Shown piece after piece: positions 1 to 11,643 of a DNA stretch of 64,000 nucleotides. Under the pieces are notes generated by a model. That model was not told where the DNA came from, did not search any database, and saw only the letters and a program-made list of their open reading frames with translations. The position numbers and the translations under genes were made by a program. The stretch spans positions 26,604,401 through 26,668,400 of the forward strand of contig CM120641.1 of the NCBI GenBank assembly GCA_051362555.1, given 5' to 3'. Numbering within the stretch: position 1 is the first letter of the stretch; every line of letters starts with the position of its first letter. The stretch is from Lingula anatina (taxonomy: Eukaryota > Animalia > Brachiopoda).

Positions 1-306
1 TTGCATCTACCACCTTACACCTGGAATTACAATCCCCATTTTCTTTTAATCTGCTTAAACTTGCAACAAAAATTAAGTTCATATTCTGATATAATTACCT
101 CTCAAAAATGGTGTATGTATATCTTAACTTCTTAAACCATGTTTAATTTGTTGTGTTAGTTCACAACATTTAAATAAAATGACTAAATGGGCACTTCTTA
201 CAGGTGGAATGTTTAGTATAACCATGGCAAATTTCTTTATTTTCAAAGTTCAATATAATAGAGACTAAAAATGTTGATGCACAAGGTCTGAAGCTCAGAA
301 CAAGTT

Positions 307-861
307 TTAATCCAAGTTTTCTTTAAAAGACTTTTTCAATGCTTGGCGAGCTTGGTTTTTTAACTTCCTACTTTCATTTTTAATTTCCTGTTTTCTCTGA
401 GTTTTCATAACTATACCATCTTCGCCATTCACATGAACATCAAGTTTAATCTGAAGCATTTCTCTTGCTTTCTTTTGGTTTTCTGCAAGAGATCTACTTT
501 CATGGCATTTTGCTGTCAGCCCAGTCGGTGTGTGTTTTACAATTACAGCATTCATAGTTTTATTAACTGACTGACCACCAGGACCAGTACCATATCCAAT
601 CTGTTCTTCAATTTCACTCTCATCTAATGGAGGAAATGCATTCTTGGGGTACTTAACACTGGTAGATTTCCCCCTTACGCTCTGAATTGTTATTGGCAAT
701 GGCTTATAAGAATTTTGTAGTCTAAATTCATTTTGATAAACAACTGTCTCAGTTGAAAACATTCTATTGCATGAAGTTCTCCATAAGTGGGTTAATATAC
801 AATTGTCTCCAGCACACAAATACAAATATGACAAGGAAATACCATTTCGCATGAAATACAT
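307..861 (-). CDS. MTRFR: Mitochondrial translation release factor in rescue (C12orf65-like peptidyl-tRNA hydrolase), intronless, 184 aa
   Basis: RF-1 domain with catalytic GGQ (LDESEIEEQ..G.GPGGQSVNKT.N.V..KH.PTG...KCHESRS..EN...AR) plus a Lys/Arg-rich C-terminal tail. There is no codon-recognition domain, which fits C12orf65 rather than a full RF1. AATAAA on the - strand at 236-241. Confidence 0.92.
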   Translation of the reverse strand: MYFMRNGISLSYLYLCAGDNCILTHLWRTSCNRMFSTETVVYQNEFRLQNSYKPLPITIQSVRGKSTSVKYPKNAFPPLDESEIEEQIGYGTGPGGQSVNKTMNAVIVKHTPTGLTAKCHESRSLAENQKKAREMLQIKLDVHVNGEDGIVMKTQRKQEIKNESRKLKNQARQALKKSFKENLD

Positions 862-881
862 CCTGGCAAATGTTCACTAAT

Positions 882-1638
882 TCAAGTGTTACTGTCAACT
901 GCTTTTTTATTTTTGTAACTTTCCAAAGCTTTTTCCAACAAGTCTGGCTTGGCACTGTGTTTCATAAGATATTCCCCATTAAAATGAAACACGGGAATAT
1001 CATACTGGTACTTCCTTTTCCATTGTTCATTTCCTGGTTCGTCTATGTAAACTTCTTCAAAATTAACCTGTAAAAAGTCAAAAGAGAGTAATAATATTTG
1101 GCACTTTTTGATAAAGCGTTGTAGGATACTTTAATATAATTTAACTGAAAGGTTTAATCTTTCTTGTATAGATAAAAACAAAACTATAAAATGTGTCAAT
1201 TTTTGAATTGTCTATATAATGATACTCCTGCCCTTTGACAAATTGACATTTTTCATATATACCATAATATAACAATGTCGTAATAAATATAAAACATACA
1301 AAAAGAGAGTATGAGCATAATTACCTGCACTACAAGTTATAAACTTCACATCCTTTGATATTCAAATTTCAGAATAATTATAAATGCAGCATTATATGTA
1401 GTAGCCCCCCCCCCCTCCCCACATGACCTACCAATCCCATATAATCCTCCAGTTCATCCTTTGCTACAGTACAGAGCGAACATTGTTCGTTTGATTTCGT
1501 GAACAGGGTTAGGGTCGGTTTATCCTGCAGTCGAGCACAGGTAAAGAGTGCCCTGCTGTGTTGGAATCGCTCAAAAAGTAACTCTTGCCTGCGTATTGGC
1601 AAATAAAGCAGACGGAAATAAGGAACAATTCTAAACAT
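882..1638 (-). CDS. C5orf63: Glutaredoxin-like protein C5orf63/YDR286C homolog, 2 exons (1638-1432, 1067-882), 130 aa
   Basis: Exon 1: PTLTLFTKSNEQCSLCTVAKDEL (CxxC) after an Arg-rich presequence-like N-terminus. Donor TTG|gtaggt at 1431, acceptor tttttacag|GTT at 1067. Exon 2: VNFEEVYIDEPGNEQWKRKYQYDIPVFHFNGEYLMKH...DSNT-stop, matching the C5orf63 YxxDIPVFHxNG motif. Exon 2 is missing from the ORF track. Confidence 0.9.
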
Positions 1639-1773
1639 TGGTTGTTTAATTGCAACTTAGAGTAAGAGAATCACTTGAATAAAGAATCACTTGTTCAAAT
1701 TCCCGACTTCAACTTTGCCTTCTCGAGGAAATGAAGGCAAGAATAAGACCTATTCTAAGTCAAGGTCATCAAG
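1639..1773. promoter_or_regulatory. Putative bidirectional promoter between the divergent ATGs of C5orf63 and SCCPDH
   Basis: Only 135 bp separate the two start codons. The gap contains a direct repeat AGAATCACTTG (about 1667 and 1683) and TCAAGGTCA at 1760-1768. Confidence 0.6.
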
Positions 1774-4700
1774 ATGGAGGGTGTGCGCGGAGCTCGAGAA
1801 TACTCTGCACGGGAATATGATTTTATAGTGTTTGGAGCGAGCGGCTTCACGGGACAGTTTGTTGTTTCTCAACTTGCAAAGCTGAGAGATGAAGAGCCAA
1901 CGCTGAAGTGGGCCGTAGGTGGACGTAGCATGTCAAAACTTGTCAATACTTTAAAGGAAGCTGGAAGCCGGGCAGGTTTGTTGCAAGCAGCTACACCCCC
2001 CCCCCCTCACACACACATGCAGTCTACGGCTGTCATTCCAAAAGAAATCGAATGATTTGCTTTCGTGTCCTTTACATGTAGCTGGTTATAGAATGACACG
2101 TAGGTCATACTGTATTTTCACTGTAGAAAAACATTTACATGTACTGTACACATACATGCACGTTATACAGTAGATATGATGACTGAAGAATGACAGGGAA
2201 TGACTACAAATGAAGTGTTGCGGGGAATTTTTATCTCCTGCTTGTCTGACTCATGTGACAGACAAAGCGGGGAATATGCGACTCAATAATGTGACATCTT
2301 GTCAACTGGTTACATAAATTTAAATGTATACTAGGATATGAACACTTTTTACCCCATTTCTTTATTTCTAGGTACATCCCTTGCTAGTATTGACTGCCTT
2401 CTTGCTGATTCCAAAGATCCTGACTCTTTGGTAGAGTTGTGTGGGAAAGGCAGAGTAGTACTCAGTTGTGTAGGACCTGTAAGTTCATATTTTGTACTGA
2501 TTGTTTTGTCTAAACCTTGTGTTTAATGTCTTGCTTGCCATTGAATATTTTCCCCTTGAAATGTACAATTTCATATGCATCAATTTTTTTAACATCTTTA
2601 TTCTCAAAACGTTTAATACAAAGTAATGCTTGTGGCATAATTAATTCTGTTATGGTGTATGTTAAAAAAATGTCAAACTGTTATTTTTGTATAAAATTAT
2701 TTTTCATTATTTTAATGTAATTTGATTTATGTTTATTGTCATTTAAAATGAAAAGTAGCATTTTCTGTATGAATACTATGATGGCACATGCTCCCCTAAC
2801 TGTATATGTGATACAAAAAAATAAAATGTATAATTCCAGTATCGTTTCTGTGGAGAGCCAGTTGTGAAAGCTTGCGTTGAAGCTGGTACAAATTATGTTG
2901 ATATATGTGGAGAGCCACAGGTAAACACAGGTGTACATACATGCACAAGATAAACTTGCTCATGTACACATACAAACATACACATACTGTTCATATACAC
3001 ATGCACTTAGAGAGAGATAAAGTATGGTGCTTTGTAACAAAGATTATCAAAATGATGTTCACTTACCTGTTTTAAATATATCATGTTTCTATATGCAAAG
3101 ATGTAACAAAATTTATTGTACTTAAATTAACTTGGCATAAATTCACATTCAAAAATCTCCATTAACACACATAAGTTTAATAATAAGATATGTTATTTCT
3201 TTGTCAAGTTTTTGGAAGAGATGCAGTTAAGATATGATGCCCAGGCAAAAGAGAAAGGAATATACATAGTTGGGAGTTGTGGATTTGATAGCATTCCTGC
3301 AGAAATGGGATTGCTTTTCACCAAGAACAAATTTGAAGGTATGAGATTTTGTGAGGGAAATGCCAGAAAAATTACTTTTCTTGACTGTTATGAAGATTGA
3401 GCAATATTGACACTATGGAGATGTGTATTTATAATGTCTATGGTTGGGATTATGAAAATAATGATTTATCAGAGACAGTGGCTTGAACCTCAAGATGTGT
3501 CATCACTTCCATATAAAAGCCTTTGTTAATTTTATAAACATTTATTCCCTGACAAGTTTAGTGCAGGCAAAAGTTGGTCAGGGTTCTTTATACTTGTGAT
3601 ATTTTTTTTTCACTACTTTTCACAGTTTTCACTCTGTTACAGGGGATCTGAATTCTGTTGAAAGCTTCATCCAGATTAAGTTTGCAGTACCAGAGGTTTG
3701 TGCATTTTTTTATTTGCAGAGTTATTTTTATTATGCTCAAATTTTGTCTGTAAAAGATCCAAACATTTATCTTTTGACATGGTAAGAATTTCTCTCTCTC
3801 TCTTGCTTGGAATTTAAGTTGGAACAGTCAGTAGTCCAGTGACAGTCCACCTCCACTTGGGTGGCTTAAAATTATTGCTATCAATTTAAATGTCATGCAT
3901 TTTTTCAGGTCAAAGGAGCAAAGATCAATTTTGCAACTTGGCAGTCAGCTATTCATGGATTTGCTCATGAAGGGGAGCTGAAACCACTGAGAAAGTTGCT
4001 TTGTCCTGAACCCCTCCCAAAACCAATCCACAGGGTAAAAAACAGGTACACTGTAGATGTTTTTGTTTTGAGGAGAGTGTTTATTCATTGTATAAGCAAC
4101 AATTTGCTGCATTTTAATATTGTAAATATTAATTGTTAGATCTCTCTGTCAGATCACTTGGATTTGCGCCAAAAACTGCCATGGGATCTTTGATTTGTTC
4201 CTGCTACTCCCAAGCTTCAAGGTTGTGGTTTCAAGTCACAGCATGCATGCAAAAATCCTGTTTTTTTAAGTATTTGGCAGCCATTTTATATGTGCCTTAA
4301 CCAAGAAGTAGATAACAAAGGACACTGTACAGGCTTCAGTGCAAAGTGTTTGCTGCTTATATTTCCATTGAGTGTGGAAATTCTGTTTTTTTTCCAGAGG
4401 AGTGTTATTCTACAGTAAAGAAGTAGGGTCCTGGTGCATACCATTCCTGGGCAGTGATAAGTCCATAGTGTACAGGAGTCAGGTGATTAGCTACAGAGAC
4501 AGAAAGGAAAGACCAGTAAGTGAACATACATGTATTTCATAAAGAGAGGAAAAAATGGTTTATTAATGATCCATAATTGCACAATTTGTGAATGTGATGA
4601 ACTTTTTTTTTGAAAGATAACAATAAACTTCATTATAGATGATTAAGATGGTTGCAGGTAGAAGTGATATTTTCTTATGTATCATGTAACAAATGTGTAA

Positions 4701-6785
4701 TCCTGTAAGTAATGTAATGGTATTTGTACATCTCTCCCCATCACCACTACCTCTTTTGGTAATTATTTACTTATTTGTTCTATTTGTTGTACTCTTTTTA
4801 ATATCCATAAGAAAACTTACTCAGGATTGACTCCCATTTATTCATAATGGACAAACAGCGCCGTTTTTTCTTTTTTGTTATGATCAATGTCAGCAGGCAT
4901 TGTTTAGAAATCTATTACATACCTATTACCTATGAATATTTCAGATTCAATTCCTACCATACACAAAACTGCCATCTTTGATGAGTGCATTGGCTGTGCT
5001 GTCTTTTGGAATTGTCTTTGGAATTCTGGCCAAGTTCAAATGTGGACGTTGGCTTTTAGAAAAGGTACCTGTAAAAGTAACTTGTTTTCGAGTTAGATCA
5101 ACATTAAGTGAATTTTACCAACTTAGTCAAAGGCAAGCACTTTATGTCATTGTGGCACAACCAATTTTTTCCATTTACAAATTTTTGTCATGTTAAAGGT
5201 GATCATAAAAGATTTACCGCTCTAGATTTCATGTTAACCCCAACCTTGAAGTTTTTTTCGTATAACTATTAATTAAGATTGATAGTCAGAATAAAGGGCC
5301 CAGATATTTGAATAATAGCTTTGATTTTGTTTAATTAGTTCCCAGGAATCTTCTCTGGTGGACTGGTATCTAAACAGGGGCCACCTTTGGCACAGGTGAG
5401 GTGAATATAACAATCAAGACCATTGTATAATGGAAACTATCTTTAAATTAATATTACAGCAAACCAAGACAATCTTTGTAAACTATTTACCCTTACTTGT
5501 TATAGTTTTTGAACATTTGATGATGGTGATATACTTAAATGTTCTTTTTATTTTGATTTTGAAATAGAATGTATGAACTTTAATGCAGTGAATTCTCTTT
5601 CACAAGTTCTGAATTAAATTTGAGCCCATATTATTAAAAATGTTTATTGATCGTGACTGATCTGAATTCATTTTCATAGATCCAAGGCTCTTCCTTTACA
5701 ATGACATTCTTTGGGAAAGGCTACAGTCAGATCCTTCCTGATGCAGATCAACAACACAATGAAGCTCCAGACAAGACCATTGTCACAAGTGTTACAGGAC
5801 CAGGCAAGTTTGCCCAGCTTAACCTGTGGAGATTTTGAAATGATTTTGATGCTATTGGAAATAAAATGTACTTTCGTTGCTTGGAGAGAGAGTATCAGTA
5901 AAGAAATAAGATGAACAAAGGTGAACGTGCTTATAACAAATGATAATACAGTAATCCTTTATAGGAATGTAAAAGCGCTCATTCCATTCAGGTTGAATCT
6001 TGCTTACATGATCGAGAAGTGATATTTTTTAGCTTGCCTAGTATACTGGTATTGTGCAATTACAGAATATTTTGTAGGTACCAGATTTATCGTAATTAGT
6101 GGCAGAGGGAGGCTGTTATCTGGATCAAAATTATTCAAGTTTACACTGATAGGCATCTTATTTTTCCTGTTGGAAGGCGGTCAAAAATGGAGGATGGATC
6201 ATCAAAGACAGTTTGGATGACTGTCAGAAAATATCTCTGGATTTGCCCCTGATAATGTATGACTTCTTTTACAGAAGCAGGCTATGTGACCACACCCATA
6301 TGTATGGTAGATGCTGCCTTGGTGATCCTGAGAGAGCAAAATATGTTGCCTGCTGGGTAAGCACATATACAGCAGTATTGTTCTGTTTGAATAAATAAAT
6401 AGATATTTCTTTATTAAACCATGTTATCAAATAGTGTGGAAATAAGTGCAACTTTTGTAAGGTTTATAAAGTTGTTGATGATTCCCTTTTATTTTTAGAT
6501 TGCTTCCAAACAATGAAAAATAAATACACCATTGGAGTAAATGGAAGTTGCTTTTTTTGATATTTCATGGTAACAAAAATGACATTAAATGCTCATTAAC
6601 AGGTTTTATCTCACTTTCATATAATCACTGAGGTATTCTGTTCTGAAAACCTGAAGCTCACACAGTTGCTTGTTTGTGTTTTCAGGGGTGGAGTGATTCC
6701 TCCAGGAGCAGCTTTTGCAAAGACAAGCTTGATTGAGAAGTTACAGAAGCATGGCATGAAATTTGAAGTGCAACCAAGCACTTAA
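1774..6785 (+). CDS. SCCPDH: Saccharopine dehydrogenase-like oxidoreductase, 12 exons, about 436 aa
   Basis: Exons 1774-1975, 2372-2478, 2840-2920, 3209-3338, 3643-3695, 3909-4045, 4398-4515, 4945-5064, 5339-5395, 5680-5803, 6275-6356, 6686-6785 join in frame (1311 nt). Motifs: YDFIVFGASGFTG, CVGPYRFCGEPVVKACV, CGFDSIPAEMG, GPEAGYVTTP, GGVIPPGAAF. Intron 10 has a GC donor. Confidence 0.95.
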
Positions 6786-8654
6786 GTTTTCAAATATTTC
6801 ATGACTAAATTTAGGTGCATGTGATGTTTCTGGTTTTCTTTTTTTTTTTTTTAGTATATTACTACCATGTAATTTATTAATGTGCTTAACATTCCCTCTA
6901 AGGACTTGTTTGAAGTACTCACATATAAAAAGTACACAATTTGATGTATGGTTTACATCATACAATTAGAGACTAGTGCTTAATGGCATAAGATGTAGTT
7001 AGTGTGTTTCAGGGTTTTAACATTTTAAAACGATCAATAGTTTCAATTACATTGATGAGCAGTGTTTAATGACACATGGTAATGGTCCACATGTTCAGCT
7101 ATGTCTTGTTTAATGACTTTTTTGTTTTGTTTTTGTTGTGTTACTGACAGTGTGCCATATTATAAAAGATACATGTATCAGCTTTACTGTGAGCTTGATG
7201 CACTGATAAAGAGACTCAAAAACTTACGTGTTGTGACTTGATAAATGAGATTAAGTCTCTTGAATCATACTGTGCTATTTATGAATTGAATTGGGCTAAT
7301 TGTACCAAAGAGATAAAGGCTATTTGCATTGTTTGCTTCATCCCAAAATTAATCTTTTTTGTACTTTATACTGTGTATTAAAGGTGATGTTTGATAAATG
7401 ATGATAGTATATAATAGCTATGATGCATTTCCATTGAATGAATGATTTTAATATACATTTGCCTTGCCAAGTAAGGCGTAATTAAATTATACAAAGATGC
7501 ACCTGTATTGTATCTTTTAGGCAATTAATTTTTTGACAAGGTTTATCCAAAGAGAAGAAGACATATCGCTTCTAGCATTATGTGCTCTCCTTAATGTCTC
7601 ATTGTATTATTGAAAAGAGAGAGAGAGAGAGACCTTTTATATCATTTATTTGAAAATGAAAGGATGCATTTTATTTTGAAAAGAAAGGCAGGTACAAAGA
7701 AATAAGAAATAGAAATGATAATTTAACATGTATTTACCTAAACCCCTGCTGTTATTTTGTTTTGTTTTGTTCTTTGCTGTATTCTGTGACATTTTGTTTG
7801 CCAAAGACCTAAGGTTGAAGTCTGTGACACAATTTAACCATGTTCCAGCTTGCTAAGTAAATGTATATTTGAAATAAATGAAATTGAAGATATATAATGG
7901 AGAAGCTTTTTTTTATATAGCACCATTTCCAGTACACAGTTCCCTAGTGATATAATGTAAAATACTATCATCATAAGCTATGTTAAAATGTATAACAGGA
8001 TATGACAGCATTTCAACTAAGGACAATTATGATATTTAAATCATTTTTTTTCAAATTATTTTTCAGTGTTATGGTTAATAATGTGATATTTGGGTTACTA
8101 TGCTGGTAAAGGTACTGTAACTGCTGCTGTGAAATGAACCCTTGTCCTTATTTCATTAATGTGGAATATGTGTTGTTCTGAGCAAACTGCAGTTATGATG
8201 ATCATAATTTGAGGAATTCAGAGTAAATAAATAAAATCAAATAAAAAACAAACATTAAGAGTGGGTTTATTTATCATTGACTCCAGGAAACCCTTATACT
8301 ATTGTTGTTTTATGCACAATAATGGCCTACAATATGGATTTGATTTTACTCCTCCCTCAACCCCCCCCCCCCCCCCCGAAAAAAAACATCTAGCCTTAAA
8401 ATTTAGTTTCTATGCTCATTTAACATCTTGTTGAATAAAAAAGGAAAATAAAATTTCTACAGAGATTTTACAGTTGCCGCTTGGTGTGCTGTAGCTGTAA
8501 TCAACTTATCAGTTCTGTCTGGCCTTACGTAGAATGTATAATATATTCGTGTATAATTGAGAGTAATTTGTTACAAAGAAGTCCGAGAATTGTGACCAGA
8601 TACCATCTGTGGGTCCTTCGCATTTTCATATAAACGCACACAAAATAATTTTCT

Positions 8655-8742
8655 TGACCACGTGTACGTATGTTTACCTCCTCTTCCGGGTTCAAAGGTC
8701 ACTAGGTCAAAAGTCGCACATGCGTATAATAAAAAATTTGCA
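8655..8742 (+). promoter_or_regulatory. Proximal promoter/5'UTR of PACS with E-box, nuclear-receptor DR2 and NRF1-like motif
   Basis: CACGTG at about 8659, AGGTCA-ct-AGGTCA at 8696-8709 and CGCACATGCGT at about 8715-8725, in a locally CpG-rich patch just before the ATG. Confidence 0.4.
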
Positions 8743-10998
8743 ATGGCGGATTCGGGTCTTCAGAAGATGACCCCACTGCCGGGGCATAAACCTGTCCCAC
8801 AGAATCTATATGCTACGTGGGAAATAGATAAATCGTCGCCGAATTGTATACCAAGGTAAGGGGAGTCTTATCCTTTACTCATGTGCGTAGATTTTGATTA
8901 GATCACATGTTATTCATACTCAACGTGCATAATATTCAAACTCGGGTTGTTTACAATGCAATGACAGCCCGGCCTTGGAATAGTATCGTTAGTCAATACA
9001 GCCACCAGTCATTATATTACTTATGTTTATAATGAACTTTAACTTATTTTAAACCCCAAAAAATTCTGAAAACTGTGTTGTCATATGTAAAGCGTACATG
9101 CGTTTTATATGAATGAAATGTGTTCATATTGTGAAGCTAAGTACCAGTTCATTACAAACACTGCAATCGGAAAGGAAACAGCTTTGGGCATTCGTTTATA
9201 TATATAAATGCACGCAATGATCATTTTCATTGTTAATAAAGTCACAACAGCTGCTGCAAAATCAAACTGCTGTCCTTAAATGTATTCAGCATTAGTGAAT
9301 TTTACACAGATAAGCCCTCACTGACTTACACTTGTCAGTCTTGTTAGTCTGTAATCCAAGTATGGTAGTCTAGATAGAAAATAGTTGAATTAGTGCCTCA
9401 AATACATGTAAATCTGGATAAACTTAGACTGCTAAGACCTTGTGCTGTTTTCTGTAATGTAACTCATGTTAGGGGATTGATTGTAATTGAAATACCAATG
9501 AAATGGGTAATTTTGAAATTGAAATGGGGATTTTTGAGCATGTTATCTCCAGGGTTGTATCTTTATGTAATTTAGCAGGTCATGCATAATTTAGAGATAA
9601 GGTCATACTAAACTAAAGCAATGTGACTTACTTAAGATTAGGAAAAATTACACTTATGTATTTGAGTGTTGAAAACATTGTATTATTTATCATATTCATT
9701 TAGACTTCATTTAGACTTTTGTTCTATATACTAGTAATAAAAAAAATATGGATATGGGGAGGAGGGGCATGTGCCATTGTGATTGATGATTACTTAAGTG
9801 TCATATCGATAATGCATGTTGAATAATTACAGTTCTTTCGAAATGCGCTTTTGTATCTGTTGTAGTCTAATTAATACAGAGTGATAATTAAAACTAATTA
9901 GGGTAGACATTCTTTTCTTTTGGGTGGATTTCTGTATGTGAATTATATTTCTACCTTTTTATGTCTAAAAGATAATTTCCTGATCTTTGTATCAAATGTT
10001 TAAAAAAAGGAATTCCAGGAATTGGAGGGATTACCTTACCATTCTCTGTTCTCATTCCCATTCGCAGACAATTAGCCACTATGATATACAGTTTTTATCT
10101 GTGTGTTTTGCTTGAATGCATTTATGTGTAGTGCTTTTTGATAAAGTCTAAGTGTTCTGAAGTTAGAGTTGGTAGCTTCAGTTAATTATATGCTACTTAT
10201 TCAATGTATACTGATGCTCAATCTACCCAAAAAGTCAAATTGGACTAGTCTTCACCATTTTCTGTGGAGACCAAAAAAAAAAAAAATTTTTTTTTTGTCA
10301 GAAGTGTTTATTTTAAGACTTTGTATAGTGCCATATAGGTGAGTCATGTACTTTATTCTATGTTTCATAATAGCACTCTATTGTCAATAGAAAATATGAC
10401 TCAGAAAAATTAGTATGTCAATCAGGAGGAGGAGGGTGTCCATCCTTAGTGATTTGATAATGCATTGGATAAAACTCATGGGAATCTAACATGTTCTTTG
10501 ATTTTCTGCCAGTTCATACGTGATGGGATAATGTTATTCATGCATGCCTGTTAAACTCATTAAAGAATCTATTTTAGGTACTCTCAGCATGATATTGCAA
10601 ACAGATTCTGCCCTTAGGTTCTTCTAGATTTTTGTAAAGCTATTTCTTTAATGCAAATAACTGCTGCCTGAACTTATTGCTTGTATAACCCACTTGTCAT
10701 CTTATTTGTCCTTTTGTGGTTTTAAAGTTGTTTTTTTTTGTATTTTTCCTTCTGTTCTGCTATATTTTAAGTTACCACTCAAAATTATTACTCACTGTGA
10801 TATATGTATGATTCTCCTTGTCTAAAGCAGAAAATATTAAATCTCTGTTCAGATCTGACCTCAGTCGTAAATCGATATTAGTGGACATGATATGGACAGG
10901 CACATCCTTCACTGTATTTTTAGTATGTTTCTTTTTCTGACAATTGAGACAGCATCTCTGAGATACTTGATATTAACCAAGCATATTGTTTGAAGAAT

Positions 10999-11033
<35 letters not shown>

Positions 11034-11592
11034 ATTATTATTATTATTGAGTTAACCATTGCAATCAACATTTACTGTAGCAAACTTAGAACAAGCTCTT
11101 CCTCTTCATCTTGATAATTTTTAACCCCCCCCACACACACACTCATGTACACACATGCACACATACACAAACGTACACACACACATACACACTATGATCT
11201 TCAAAAGGGCAGACAAGTGCAGACTGATTATACAATACAAGCATATTTGCTACCTTTTATTTACAGTGCTAGAAATAAACAACTGGCCCATTGGCTCCTT
11301 GACAGGTGATTTAATGGAAATCAACTGAGATAGTTGTGTGACTCTCAACAAGATTTTTTGGAGATTTGGAAGAGAATGGGGTGGGGGGTCATTTATAATG
11401 GTAGACTAGTGAGTATGGTGCAGCAACATATAAAAGCTTATAGAATTCATCTATGGATGCCAGGCACACAAGAGTTTCATCTCTGTCGAGGATAAGTAAG
11501 GCCACCTCAAGTAGATTCTTGCAAATCTTAAAGTCTCGTGTGAAGTGGCATAGATATCCCCACTGGACCTGAAAATCCCCACAAAATTTGGT

Positions 11593-11643
<51 letters not shown>

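Noticed and set aside
307-1067. C5orf63-MTRFR fusion by stop readthrough, selenocysteine or frameshift
   Set aside because: The 20-nt spacer puts the ORFs out of frame, and a TGA in the MTRFR frame lies within the spacer.
2176-2249. Possible C/D-box snoRNA in SCCPDH intron 1 (ATGATGA...CTGA)
   Set aside because: No terminal stem and no recognisable rRNA/snRNA antisense element; the boxes alone are common in AT-rich DNA.
4200-4310. B-box-like GGTTTCAAGTC suggesting a tRNA or SINE
   Set aside because: No A-box, cloverleaf or second copy in the window.
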